Notes under the pieces: model-generated
Told to the model about the DNA's origin: nothing
Database searches by the model: none
What the model saw: the letters and a program-made list of their open reading frames with translations, nothing else
Part shown: piece after piece, positions 9,809 through 20,032 of the stretch
Position numbering within the stretch: the first letter of the stretch is position 1
Layout of the letters: every line of letters starts with the position of its first letter
Assembly (NCBI GenBank): GCA_051439505.1
Contig: JBFRWI010000081.1
Location: 1-44,468 of the forward strand
DNA from: Hormoscilla sp.
GTDB lineage: Bacteria; Cyanobacteriota; Cyanobacteriia; Cyanobacteriales; Desertifilaceae
DNA: 44,468 bases
Reading direction: 5' to 3'
Made by a program: the position numbers and the translations under genes

Positions 9809-10118
9809 ATCAACCTTTACTCTGATATTCTCACTTTCCTATTCTACCCCTCGTTCCCTCTCGTTCCCTCTCGTTCCCGTGGTCATGCGTCAGTTGGTAC
9901 GGAGAATCTTCGCGTGGGGGCCATAAACCGGGTTTCTTAAATTTTTCTTCCGCTTTTACGTCTTATTTTATCGCAGAAACTCGGTTTCTCGTTTGTCGGA
10001 CTATCATACTTGTGACCGCACCCTTCTTTATAGGGTTTTCAGTCGGTTTTCAACCGACTTTAGCTAAAAGCCTTTGGGTTTTAACCCCCGGCGGGCCAGG
10101 AGACCAAAAGTATGCGCG

Positions 10119-10796
10119 TTAAAAGCGATAATTATGATCGCCCACCCACATACTCACGGGCAGGGCATTACCCCGATCGTCCACCTTCACTTCTACCACA
10201 AAAGAGCGTGCTTGGCTAGCTTGTGCTTGAGAAATCTCCCGATTAATTTCCACCCGCTGGTCCTCTGGCATATAGTAAGTTTCCAGTCCGTACAAGATCT
10301 GACCGTACTTCTGGAATTCCCCCTTTAATGCTACCCGATCGCCCGACAAATCTTTGGGCCGATCGCCACTCACTGCCACTGGCACCCAAGCCGCTGGTGC
10401 TCCGGCTTTGTCACCCCCAGGTTTTTCCAGAATTACGTAGAAGCTAGTTTCAGATTTTCGATCGCGCGGAAGCTTTACCACTGCTTTCCCACCGGGCAAT
10501 TCTTGCAGAGTTTCCCGACTAGAGATATCATAGCTTAAAGTCTGATAGTAACCTCGCAATAGATCGTAGGGGTCTACCGGTCTAGTCTGAATAATTACTG
10601 TCTTTCCTGTCAGGTAGGTATAGACAGGTTGTGCTGCTACCGAGAAGATCAGCAACCCTTGGAAGGCCAGGGGTAACCACAAACGCCAACCCGGCATTCG
10701 CTTTCTACCTTGCTGTCCCAGATGGGGCATCCGCTGGGGGATTTTCTCTTCTACAACTTGGTCCTTATTGTCAGCAAATGCTTGATTCTTTTCCAT
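10119..10796 (-). CDS. GDYXXLXY-domain membrane-anchored protein
   Basis: PVDPYDLLRGYYQTLSY and YGLETYYMPE motifs; lies directly downstream of the DUF2157 gene. Confidence 0.88.
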   Translation of the reverse strand: MEKNQAFADNKDQVVEEKIPQRMPHLGQQGRKRMPGWRLWLPLAFQGLLIFSVAAQPVYTYLTGKTVIIQTRPVDPYDLLRGYYQTLSYDISSRETLQELPGGKAVVKLPRDRKSETSFYVILEKPGGDKAGAPAAWVPVAVSGDRPKDLSGDRVALKGEFQKYGQILYGLETYYMPEDQRVEINREISQAQASQARSFVVEVKVDDRGNALPVSMWVGDHNYRF

Positions 10797-10798
10797 GG

Positions 10799-12160
10799 TT
10801 AATCCTCCTCAGAAGGTTTCACATTCCCTAGGTGGCGTTCAAACCATAAACCCGCAGCGAGTACGCCCACTCCACATAAAACTAATACCAATGATTTTAA
10901 CATCAATCCCGTATTATATTCTAACATCCGCGAGCTGATTTGCAGTATTAGCAACACCATCCCACCCCAGAAGCTACCGCGTCGCCCTCGTGATAACCCC
11001 ACTCTCATTAAGCCGGCGGCTAGCAGAAACAGCTGCACGTTGAAAATAAATGTGGCTAATTCGGGAACGAATATACTACTATCTTGCCAGAGAAAGACTG
11101 AGGCTGTCACTACAATTAAGCCCGCTATTACACTGCTAATTAGGTCAAACCCCCAGCGGTGGGGATGCCTGCTGCTAGGTCGTGCCATTTGCCACCATTC
11201 CCAAAGGGCGATCGCGCTGAATATGGCCACATCCAGCAACAACCAAACTCTGTTACTGTCGAAACCCGACGGGGAAAAATATCGCCAAAGCCCATTGAAA
11301 GAACAGCAATAAAATACTATACTCAGATAGATGATGCCGATCGCCCGGGCGACAAATCTAAAGTATCTGCTGTCTACTTTCGGCCAGTTCAAGTCATCGT
11401 AACCCCAGAATAGGGCCGGTGGCAAAACGCAGGCGATCGCCAACATCCCGATATTCGGTAAAGCTACCGAGTTCAAGAACAAAGCTGGAATTAAAGTCAG
11501 CGCTGCTAGGACAAAAATTACCCGCGATCGACAGCAATAGGCCAGGGGCACAAACAGCAACCCTGCCAGCAATGGCATGTGTCCTAACAGCAATTGCTGC
11601 CAGAAAACATTTTGATATAATAAGTCATCTACTCCCAGAAAATAACCCCATGCTACTAGGATAATTGCCATCACTCCCAAGGATGTCATCCGCAGACTAT
11701 AAGCCATTGCTAGCACTCCCAGTCCCCAAATTAGCAATAGCTGATAAAATGGTCCGCTTTGGTGAAACATTTGAGACGTTTGCCCCAGTAGCGCCCCCAA
11801 CATTAGCGCCCCCAACAGCAATAACCCGTGCCCTAACCGCTGCCGTTTATCTATGGGACTGCGCCATAGATAAAACCCCGCCACATTCGCCCCCACACAT
11901 AAACTCAGCAGCAGCATCAGCTTCGTTCCTTGGGACCATTGCTGCCAGTTTGCCGCTACAAAGGAGATCGCCCCTAAACCGATCAGAATACCGCCCAACC
12001 CTAATAGTATGGTCACAAAGCGGTTGCTCGCCGCTGAGGACAGGCGATCGAATTGATAGCGTTCTGCTAGCTGTTCGTATAGATCGGCGTCTATCAGTCC
12101 CTCAGCTTGCCATAATGAAGCTTCTTTGCGCAGATACCGGCGGAATTTTTCTGATACCAT
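10799..12160 (-). CDS. DUF2157 multi-pass membrane protein
   Basis: W..EGLI, FVAANW, LGQ..QMFH motifs and many TM helices. Confidence 0.88.
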   Translation of the reverse strand: MVSEKFRRYLRKEASLWQAEGLIDADLYEQLAERYQFDRLSSAASNRFVTILLGLGGILIGLGAISFVAANWQQWSQGTKLMLLLSLCVGANVAGFYLWRSPIDKRQRLGHGLLLLGALMLGALLGQTSQMFHQSGPFYQLLLIWGLGVLAMAYSLRMTSLGVMAIILVAWGYFLGVDDLLYQNVFWQQLLLGHMPLLAGLLFVPLAYCCRSRVIFVLAALTLIPALFLNSVALPNIGMLAIACVLPPALFWGYDDLNWPKVDSRYFRFVARAIGIIYLSIVFYCCSFNGLWRYFSPSGFDSNRVWLLLDVAIFSAIALWEWWQMARPSSRHPHRWGFDLISSVIAGLIVVTASVFLWQDSSIFVPELATFIFNVQLFLLAAGLMRVGLSRGRRGSFWGGMVLLILQISSRMLEYNTGLMLKSLVLVLCGVGVLAAGLWFERHLGNVKPSEED

Positions 12161-12216
12161 CTCTCTAAATTGTTAATTGCTAATTCTTCATTGCTCATTC
12201 CTCACCCGATCGCTGA

Positions 12217-12900
12217 CTATATTTCCTCAGAAGGGCGATCGACATGCAACTGCTGTCTGCCATTCCGGACCACCCGCAACATTTCGCTCAACCGCTGCTC
12301 CATATCCAGCAACACTCCATCCGCGTACTCATCTGCTCCTCTCTGAATGGCTTCACATTCCAATATTGTCTTGCGCCGCATTTCTTCTAGTTCCTGCTGC
12401 GCTAGATTTTCTATTCTGTCTATCTCCCCGATCGTCTGATCCTTGGCAATATCGCATTCCTGCTGCACCTGTTGCCTGATCCTCATGGCCTGCATTTCCG
12501 CCTGCTGCACTAACTCATGTTGATTCAAAATCTCCTCCGCTTTTTGTTCGGCAGCTAAAATATATTCTTGGGCATATTCTTTCGCTTCTTCGATGATATT
12601 CTCCCGACGTTCGATGATTTTCGCTGCTAGCTCGAAGGCTTTCGGCAGATTGTACTGCACTAGCTCAATATAATCTAACAGTTGGTCTTCATCTACCACC
12701 GTGTATCGGGTAAAGGGAATGTGGAAACTGCCGAGAATCAGTTCCTTCAACTTTTCTAGTTCTGTCTGAACATCTATCTCTCTGGTTCGCCCTGTTTCTG
12801 AGTAGGCGTCCAGTCCAGTTTCTAGTGACTCTCCTGGGAGGGTAGAGGAGAGTGCTGATTGTTCGGGCTCGATCCGGGATGGGTTTTGTTGGCGTAACAT
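12217..12900 (-). CDS. DivIVA-like coiled-coil cell-division protein (Cdv3-like)
   Basis: Coiled coil with IPFT...VDE..LLD and [11 protein letters not shown]...E...VRNGR; overlaps coaD, an arrangement common in cyanobacteria. Confidence 0.75.
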   Translation of the reverse strand: MLRQQNPSRIEPEQSALSSTLPGESLETGLDAYSETGRTREIDVQTELEKLKELILGSFHIPFTRYTVVDEDQLLDYIELVQYNLPKAFELAAKIIERRENIIEEAKEYAQEYILAAEQKAEEILNQHELVQQAEMQAMRIRQQVQQECDIAKDQTIGEIDRIENLAQQELEEMRRKTILECEAIQRGADEYADGVLLDMEQRLSEMLRVVRNGRQQLHVDRPSEEI

Positions 12901-13361
12901 TGGTAAATATCTAATGCAACGTGCTGGGGAACTAGATGATCTATGGGACCGCCAAATTTGGCGATCTCTTTGACTAAGCTACTGCTTAAAAAGCTATACT
13001 CGTTAGAGGTTGCGAGAAAAACTGTCTCGATTTCAGTTGAGAGAGTTTTATTTGTGTGGGCCATTTGAAGTTCGCCTTCAAAGTCTGACAGTACCCGCAA
13101 ACCCCGCAGCAGCACTTGCGCCTGCTGCTTTCTTGCATAGTCCACTGTCAGTCCGTTATAGCTGTCAACGGTGATGTTCGGCACATGTTGGGTCGCCAGG
13201 CGGATTTGCTGCAAGCGCTGTGATACCGAGAATAAAGGGGTTTTATGGGGATTGATCAGCACTACTACGATAATCTGCTCGAACAGCCGACCGCCTCGCT
13301 CGATGATGTCCAGATGACCGAGAGTTATGGGGTCGAAGCTTCCTGGGTAGATGGCAATCAC
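12822..13361 (-). CDS. coaD: Phosphopantetheine adenylyltransferase
   Basis: [27 protein letters not shown]. Start placed at the GTG preceding IAIYPG. Confidence 0.96.
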   Translation of the reverse strand: MIAIYPGSFDPITLGHLDIIERGGRLFEQIIVVVLINPHKTPLFSVSQRLQQIRLATQHVPNITVDSYNGLTVDYARKQQAQVLLRGLRVLSDFEGELQMAHTNKTLSTEIETVFLATSNEYSFLSSSLVKEIAKFGGPIDHLVPQHVALDIYQCYANKTHPGSSPNNQHSPLPSQESH

Positions 13362-13418
13362 TTGTGTACAGTTCCTCACGGTTACTGAGGCATTATAGTC
13401 TTTGATGCCATAATTTTA

Positions 13419-15137
13419 TTGTACGCCGTGAGATTATTTCCCGCTCCCCGACCCCAATCTCTATCCAAAAGCCCCGTCCATCTTACCCCTCCCTGGTCTA
13501 TTGCTTGGGGTAACTCTCCCCAGCTTGATGATGGCGGCAGCTGGCGCGACGCACAACTGACTATTTTTCACGCTCAGCCTGCTTTCAGCCCCAGTCAGCG
13601 ATTTGCTGTTCTGGGCGATCTCTGGTTGAGTAATCGCGGCCCCTTGCGCGATCGCCTGGCCATCCCTCCTGTCCCTGACGCCCAGTTGGTGGCGCAGCTG
13701 TGGGAACGTTGGGGTGTGGATGCTCTCGGTCTGCTGGAGGGGATCTTTGCTCTGGCGGTTTGGGATCGAGAACGTCAAGAGTTGTACTTGGCTCGCGATC
13801 GCGCGGGCGGACGTACTCTTTATTACACCACTGGGGGTTCTCTGCGTTGGATTGCACCCCGACTCCGCCTACTCTCATCATACCACTCCCACGAGTTAGA
13901 TCTCGTCGCTTTGCGGGATTACCTTTGCTGTGCTTTTGTCCCGGGCGATCGCACCCTTTGGCGCCATGTCCGGGAGTTACGTCCGGGGTCTTTTCTGACT
14001 TTACCAGATGATTCTATTACTGTCTACTATCAGTTCCAGGCGGACGTGCAAAATGCCGATCGCCCTTTGGCCTGGCACGGCGATAATGTGCGATCGCTTT
14101 TGGAGCGAGTTGTGGGAGAATATTTACCCAAAGGCGAACCCGTGGGTGCCTATTTATCTGGCGGTTTGGACTCTAGCGCCGTTACCGCCCTGGCGGCCCA
14201 ATTACATGATAAGTCAGTCCATACCTATTCTATTCATTTTGGGGCGGAATTTCCCAATGAACTGGAATTTTCTAGTTTGGTGGCCCAGCATTGCGGCACC
14301 CAGCATCATATTCTAGAGATTACTCCCCAACAGATGTGGGAGCAACTGCCTCTGACCATGGCCCATCTGGACGACCCGATCGGGGATCCCTTGACCGTTC
14401 CTAATTTCCTCTTGGGAAACCTGGCCCGATCGCATGTTAATGTCATCCTGAATGGAGAGGGAGGAGACCCCTGTTTTGGCGGACCGAAAAATCAGCCCAT
14501 GTTACTGAAGCAGTTATATCATACCATGGATAATTCCCAACTGCTTGGGGATTATTTGACTTCCTTTAAGAAATGTGCTACAGATTTATCTAGGTTGCTA
14601 AGACCTGACATTTGGACGGCAGTAAAAGATGAACCTTCCGTGTTTGCTGCGGATCTCTTTGCTTCAGGGGAATATCTGAATCGCTTGATGATGCTGAACA
14701 TTAAGTTTAAGGGGGCAGACCATATTTTAACAAAGGTTAATAATCTTACTCGGGCCGCCGGACTGTCAGGGCGATCGCCTTTATTCGATGGGCGCATTGT
14801 GGAGTTATCTCTGGAAATTACCCCAGCATGTAAACTGGCGGGGGCGGTGGAAAAGGCCGTGTTAAAACAAGCAGTCGCCGATCTTTTGCCCTCCGAAATT
14901 ATTCACCGTCCTAAAAGTGGCATGATGGTTCCCGTACAGTTCTGCTTTTACAAGTATTGGCGCCGCCCCGCTAAAGCTTTATTGTTAAATAAAAAAGCCG
15001 CGATCGCCCCCTATCTGAATCAAGATTTAATTCGCGACTGGTTAAATTACCGAGGCGATACCTGGAGACGCTATGGTGTTAAACTCTGGTTGTTGGTTAG
15101 CTTAGAAATTTGGTTGCAAGTCAATAATTCCCGCTAG
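13419..15137 (+). CDS. AsnB-like ATP-dependent amide ligase, paralog 1
   Basis: GIFALAVWD, LARD, LSGGLDSS (PP-loop), NGEGGD, RSPLFD, EKAVLK, RPKSG. No N-terminal Cys. Start uncertain. Confidence 0.88.
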   Translation: MYAVRLFPAPRPQSLSKSPVHLTPPWSIAWGNSPQLDDGGSWRDAQLTIFHAQPAFSPSQRFAVLGDLWLSNRGPLRDRLAIPPVPDAQLVAQLWERWGVDALGLLEGIFALAVWDRERQELYLARDRAGGRTLYYTTGGSLRWIAPRLRLLSSYHSHELDLVALRDYLCCAFVPGDRTLWRHVRELRPGSFLTLPDDSITVYYQFQADVQNADRPLAWHGDNVRSLLERVVGEYLPKGEPVGAYLSGGLDSSAVTALAAQLHDKSVHTYSIHFGAEFPNELEFSSLVAQHCGTQHHILEITPQQMWEQLPLTMAHLDDPIGDPLTVPNFLLGNLARSHVNVILNGEGGDPCFGGPKNQPMLLKQLYHTMDNSQLLGDYLTSFKKCATDLSRLLRPDIWTAVKDEPSVFAADLFASGEYLNRLMMLNIKFKGADHILTKVNNLTRAAGLSGRSPLFDGRIVELSLEITPACKLAGAVEKAVLKQAVADLLPSEIIHRPKSGMMVPVQFCFYKYWRRPAKALLLNKKAAIAPYLNQDLIRDWLNYRGDTWRRYGVKLWLLVSLEIWLQVNNSR

Positions 15138-15146
15138 TCCGCCGGG

Positions 15147-15403
15147 CAATACTTCTCGGTTAATAACTTGTCATTGCGAGGGGGGGCTGCCAAACGAGCA
15201 ATCTTGGGATCCCCGCGCTTAATCCCCCCCGTTAGCGCAGCGGCCCGACGCAGGAGGGCTAGCAATCTCACCGACGACGCCGAAGCGCTTTTCCTCTCAT
15301 ACGGGGGATTGCTTCGGGGGGGTTAACTCAAGAAAGCATAAATTAATCGCTACGTACCCCCCCCCTCGCAATGACAGATAATATGCTTAACCGAGAAGTA
15401 TTG
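15147..15403. mobile_element. MITE family A (257 bp)
   Basis: Perfect 17-bp TIR CAATACTTCTCGGTTAA; 10-bp TSD GTCCGCCGGG (15137-15146 and 15404-15413); internal TGTCATTGCGAG...CTCGCAATGACA palindrome. Confidence 0.9.
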
Positions 15404-15409
15404 GTCCGC

Positions 15410-15496
15410 CGGGGGGTTAAATTCCCAGCTAATAGCTAAAGCCCGCCGGGGGTTAAAACCCCCGCGTCATAGCTAAAGGAAGGTTAAAACCGACTA
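15410..15496. repeat. Dispersed repeat CCGCCGGGGGTT(T/C)AAACCCC / GGTTAAAACCGAC family
   Basis: Related copies at about 7696-7770, 10040-10097, 21250-21275 and 31614-31667. Confidence 0.7.
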
Positions 15497-15551
15497 AAAG
15501 CATTAAACTATTAAATAGGGCGATCGCCTCACAGTCAACTCCGTTTCTGAA

Positions 15552-16202
15552 TTATCTGCTGCTATATCTTTCTCTCAGCTTACTTAAAGCTTCACGGTAT
15601 TCCTCATGTTCCTTATAATGGTCTTCAAAAAAAATCCCGTCTTTATACCCGTACAAAATCAGATTGGAGTCAATATTTTTGAAGAAGTCCTCTCTATCAT
15701 TTGGTTTAACTACCTTAATATATATCTTAAAAAAATTCTTGACATAGTTGTAGATATAGGCGTTAAATTCATTGATTTCATCCCGGGAAAATTCCTCATC
15801 AAAAGACTGATGGATGATATGCTTATCGTAATACTCGTATGGTTTTACTTGGCGGTAAATGTTAAATTCGAGCGACCCGCGATAGTCAGCAATTCTGAGC
15901 AAGTAATGATAGCTATTGCTATCCCTTTCGATTTCTAAAGCAAATGGAAATGAAAAAGCACATTTCCAATCGTCAAACAATTTACTGCTTTCTCCCGTTA
16001 ATTCCTTGAGAGCGATATATACTTGACCGAGGCTTAAAGCTTCGCCTCGCAGTTGTTCGTACTGGAAGAAGCCGATAGAAAATCTGTAATCGTCGGCGAT
16101 GCATAAGCTTTTCCGCCTTAATTCATGGTATCGATCGTCATCCAAGCGTTCCAGCCGATATTGGACGTTTTTGAGCTTGACAACAATGGTTTTTTCTTGC
16201 AT
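15552..16202 (-). CDS. Hypothetical protein (AT-rich)
   Basis: Open ORF of about 216 aa with a GAGGAGG RBS before MQEKT; no family recognised. Confidence 0.75.
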   Translation of the reverse strand: MQEKTIVVKLKNVQYRLERLDDDRYHELRRKSLCIADDYRFSIGFFQYEQLRGEALSLGQVYIALKELTGESSKLFDDWKCAFSFPFALEIERDSNSYHYLLRIADYRGSLEFNIYRQVKPYEYYDKHIIHQSFDEEFSRDEINEFNAYIYNYVKNFFKIYIKVVKPNDREDFFKNIDSNLILYGYKDGIFFEDHYKEHEEYREALSKLRERYSSR

Positions 16203-16248
16203 GGTACTCCTCCTCGGGTTAATGTTAAGCAATTTGCAATTACAATCC

Positions 16249-16608
16249 TCACCAGATTGATTCCATACTTAAACTAAATCTCGGTAAGACATCTTCACCA
16301 GAGAGAGTCGTGGGATTTTCTAAGGCTTCTTTCTCTTCACCTTGGCGATAAATTTCCACTTGTCTGTTTTTGCGGTCGATCGACCATCCCAAGCGGGTGC
16401 CATTTTCCTGGTATTCCCTCATTTTCGCTTGCAGGGCTGTTAAGGAGTCGCTAGGAAAACGTAACTCGATCGCGAAATCAGGGGCAAAGGGCAGAAATTT
16501 TTCCTGCTGTTCGGTGGTGGTTCCATCTTTCCAAAGGTATCCAGGCCCCACCGAGAGACCTGTCACTCCCATTCGGTAGGGTAAACCCTGTAGAAGAATC
16601 AAATGCTA
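16249..16608 (-). pseudogene. Uma2-family endonuclease fragment, partial duplicate of the neighbour
   Basis: The 3' half is nearly identical to 16654..17235; the 5' part is missing and the frame is broken around the SPD motif. Confidence 0.85.
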
Positions 16609-16653
16609 GTTATTTTCCTTTCTCCTTTGATAAATTTGGCTACAATTCCATCA

Positions 16654-17235
16654 TCACCAGATTGATTCCAGACTTAAGCTAAATCCCGGTAAGACATCTT
16701 CTCCAGAGAGAGTCGCGGGATTTTCTAAGACTTCTTTCTCTTCACCTTGGCGATAAATTTCCACTTGTCGGTTTTTGCGGTCGATCAACCATCCCAAGCG
16801 GGTGCCATTTTCCTGATATTCCCTCATTTTCTCTTGCAGCGCCGTTAAAGAGTCGCTGGGAGAACGTAACTCGATCGCGAAATCGGGCGCAAAGGGCAGA
16901 AATTTTTCTTGCTGTTCCCGGGTGAGGGCGTTCCATTTTGCTAAAGGTATCCAGGCAGCATCGGGAGACCTATCACTTCCATTCGGTAGGGTAAACCCTG
17001 TAGAAGAATCAAATGCTACTCCCGTGCCGTCAGCATCAGCCCAATTTGCCAACTGCTGGGCAATTTTCAGGTTGCGTTTTCCCGTTCCTCCTCCTGTGGG
17101 TGGCATGATAATTAACTCTCCAGTTGCAGTACGTTCTAATCTCAGGTTGCTGTTTGCTTGACAAATTTTCGCAAACTGTTCGGGACTCAGTTTTACCGTT
17201 GCGGGAATATTTAAGCTGACTGCTGTCATAGTCAT
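16654..17235 (-). CDS. Uma2-family (DUF820) PD-(D/E)XK protein
   Basis: LERTATGELIIMPP, FDSSTGF.LPNG..RSPDAAW, PDFAIELRSPSD, GWLID. Confidence 0.93.
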   Translation of the reverse strand: MTMTAVSLNIPATVKLSPEQFAKICQANSNLRLERTATGELIIMPPTGGGTGKRNLKIAQQLANWADADGTGVAFDSSTGFTLPNGSDRSPDAAWIPLAKWNALTREQQEKFLPFAPDFAIELRSPSDSLTALQEKMREYQENGTRLGWLIDRKNRQVEIYRQGEEKEVLENPATLSGEDVLPGFSLSLESIW

Positions 17236-17348
17236 TTTACCCGTTCTCCACATTTTTTTACTCTTTGCTGGCGGGCCTCTGTTCTACGATCGCCAAGGAA
17301 GCGCTAAAGCGCTTACTACGAACCGAGACCTATTCACCGGTTGGCCTT

Positions 17349-18617
17349 TTAACCGAAACTGTCCGATGCAAATATTATAGCACTCGTACTGCTATTGTCA
17401 TAATCTCCATCTCCATAAATCGAAATCATGCCATCATCGCTACCAGGTTCCCGACTTCTGCCAATTCCGTGAGTCAGGACTTGCAGCAACCTTTCGGGAG
17501 TGAAGAATTCTAATTCCACATAATTTCCCGCTTCTAACCATTCTAGTTCATCTTTAGCTAAACTCTGTCGCACTGGCTCTGGCATCTGTTGGCATGCTTG
17601 CGCTGACTCTTTTGAGTTGCGCACGGAAATATTTTTACTCTTTAATACGTGACGCGGTAGCAGTCCGAGGTCGTAAATTGCCACGTTACTGTTGGCAAAC
17701 CAATCTGGACTGGTACCCAGCTGGTGTCGGAGACTAATGCCGTCAGGAGTAGCATCATGTAGGGCGTAAACTTTTAACGACTGATTTCGCCCTAACATCT
17801 CTAATACTGTACTAAATATACTCTGGGGATAGCCCGCGATACTCAGGACGGCGCAGTTGTTTTCAAAGTGGAAGTTGTTCGCTATTAGCATTTGCGCGAT
17901 CGCATCACTGTCGCAGACCACGACTCTGTCAAAGCTATAAGCCGTGACATCCGGACTGACTGCAACTGAGGCATTCTCCTGCTTGGCAGGAGGTAACATT
18001 TTCCCGATCGCACCATTCACTTGGGTCCAGCTATGCACCCACTTTTGCGTTTCGCTGGGTCTGATATATAGAGATTGGGGGATGTAGAATAGGCGTTGCA
18101 AATGCCTTTTACCCAGATTGAATAATAACAGACCCGTGCCTATCCCGAGGATAAATATAAAAGCTGCCACCGAGGGAATCTCTGATAGCAGGATAGCAAA
18201 AAATATTCCTCCTAATGCCAGTAAGCCTCCACATACTTGCAATCCTCGGGCATAAAATTTCCGAGTCTGAGGGCCATGTTTTCCCGAAAGTATTTCCACG
18301 ACCGCGACCATGATAAAGATAATTAGTCCTATGCCCCATAAGAAACTGAGAATAATGCAGAAAGCCAATAAACCTCCCGTTGAAGCAGAACTTTTCCTGA
18401 CTAAACGCCTCTCTAAAGCATAAAAAAACTGTTTGGGCGTGAAGTAGAGGGTGTTTTCCGCCGAGATGGCCTTGAGGGCATTGTTAAAGAAGCCATCTGT
18501 GAACCTGCTTCCTGCTTGGGGATCGAAGACAAAGGGATGGTTGCAGTTTTTACAGCGCCCCTGAGAAGCCGTGCGATCTTTGAGATTGTTGTCTGTATCA
18601 CATTGAATGCATTTCAT
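17349..18617 (-). CDS. Uncharacterised Zn-ribbon + TM + Toprim-like protein, paralog 2
   Basis: CxxC..CxxC N-terminus, about 4 TM helices, conserved C-terminal domain VVVCD...GYP...VYALHDATPDG...LGLLP...VELE. Confidence 0.8.
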   Translation of the reverse strand: MKCIQCDTDNNLKDRTASQGRCKNCNHPFVFDPQAGSRFTDGFFNNALKAISAENTLYFTPKQFFYALERRLVRKSSASTGGLLAFCIILSFLWGIGLIIFIMVAVVEILSGKHGPQTRKFYARGLQVCGGLLALGGIFFAILLSEIPSVAAFIFILGIGTGLLLFNLGKRHLQRLFYIPQSLYIRPSETQKWVHSWTQVNGAIGKMLPPAKQENASVAVSPDVTAYSFDRVVVCDSDAIAQMLIANNFHFENNCAVLSIAGYPQSIFSTVLEMLGRNQSLKVYALHDATPDGISLRHQLGTSPDWFANSNVAIYDLGLLPRHVLKSKNISVRNSKESAQACQQMPEPVRQSLAKDELEWLEAGNYVELEFFTPERLLQVLTHGIGRSREPGSDDGMISIYGDGDYDNSSTSAIIFASDSFG

Positions 18618-18657
18618 AATTATCCGTAGGGTGGGCATCGCCCACCATTACCGTAGC

Positions 18658-19971
18658 TTAACCGAAACTGTCCGATGCAAATATCATAGCACTTGTATTG
18701 TCATCATCTCCATAAATAGAAGTCATGCTATCATCGCTACCAAGTTCTCGACTCCTGGCTATTCCTTGAGTGACCACTTGCAACAACCTTTGGGGCGTGA
18801 AGAACTCTAATTCCACATAATTTCCCATTTCTAACCATTTTATTTCATCCTTTGATAAACTTTGCCGCACCGGTTCTGGTAGCTGTCGGGCTGTTTGCGC
18901 AAACTCAGGTGACCGTCGTACAAGCATATTCTTACTGGCAAATACGTGGCGCGGTAGCAGTCCGAGATCGTAAATGGGGACGTTACTGTTGGCAAACCAA
19001 TTTGGACTGGACCCCAGGCGGTGAACGAGACTAACGCCGCCAGGACTGGCATTATGTAGGACGTAAACTTTTAAGTTGGGATTCCGGCGCAGCATCTTTA
19101 ATACGGTGCTAAATATACTCTGGGGATATCCAGAGATACTCAGGACGGCGCAGTTGTTTTCAAAATGGAAGTTGTTGGCGATTAGAAATTGGGCGATCGC
19201 CGCCCGATCGCAAACCACTACCCTGTCAAAGCTATAAGCAGTGATATCGGGACTGACTGCAACCGAAGTAGTCTCCTCATTGGGAGTCGGCAACATTTTG
19301 GGAATTTCATTCACTTGCGTCCAGCGATTAACCCAGATATCAACATCGCTTGGTTTGACAGAGAGAGGTTGTGCTCCATAGGATGATATGCGAGACAATT
19401 GCCGCTGACCGAAATAAATTAATCCCAAGCCCAGGGTAATGCTGACTATAAAAACAATGACTCCTACAACTGGAATGCTTGATAATGTCAAGCTAATAAC
19501 TATTCCGACAATTAAACCGAGCTTGGCAATTTTAATTGCTGTAGTTACCTGATTTATGCGGCTGCTCTTGTTTTTCTTTTTTGAATTGCTGTCTTCTAAC
19601 TTGAAACTACTTATTATTAGAATTAGGGATTCTATTGCCCATAAAGCTGCTGGTAAAAAATCCTGCCCGATCGTCCAGATCGTGCCTAATGTTACCCAAC
19701 AGACTATCACACAGATAGAGAATTTTATAGAAGCAATTTCTGTAGCCGATTTTTTTAATCGCCTCTCTAAAGCATAAAAAACCTGTTTGGGAGTAAAGTA
19801 GAGGGTGTTCTCCACCGAGATCGCCTTCAGGGCATTGTTAAAGAAAATATCAGTGAACTTGCTTCCTGCTTTAGGATCGAAGACAAAGGGATGTCCGCAG
19901 TTTTTGCACCGCCCCTGATTTGCCGTGCGGTCTTTCAGATTGTTGTCTGTATCACATTGAATGCATTTCAT
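18658..19971 (-). CDS. Uncharacterised Zn-ribbon + TM + Toprim-like protein, paralog 1
   Basis: Same architecture as 17349..18617; termini very similar, TM region unrelated. Confidence 0.8.
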   Translation of the reverse strand: MKCIQCDTDNNLKDRTANQGRCKNCGHPFVFDPKAGSKFTDIFFNNALKAISVENTLYFTPKQVFYALERRLKKSATEIASIKFSICVIVCWVTLGTIWTIGQDFLPAALWAIESLILIISSFKLEDSNSKKKNKSSRINQVTTAIKIAKLGLIVGIVISLTLSSIPVVGVIVFIVSITLGLGLIYFGQRQLSRISSYGAQPLSVKPSDVDIWVNRWTQVNEIPKMLPTPNEETTSVAVSPDITAYSFDRVVVCDRAAIAQFLIANNFHFENNCAVLSISGYPQSIFSTVLKMLRRNPNLKVYVLHNASPGGVSLVHRLGSSPNWFANSNVPIYDLGLLPRHVFASKNMLVRRSPEFAQTARQLPEPVRQSLSKDEIKWLEMGNYVELEFFTPQRLLQVVTQGIARSRELGSDDSMTSIYGDDDNTSAMIFASDSFG

Positions 19972-20032
19972 GGTCTACTCTCCTCTGACACTTTATTTAC
20001 TATACATCACGCAGTTCCAAATCTGACTAATT

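Noticed and set aside
17349..19971. Diversity-generating retroelement or Wadjet system
   Set aside because: There is no reverse transcriptase or adenine-specific TR/VR pair, and no SMC/JetABC genes nearby.
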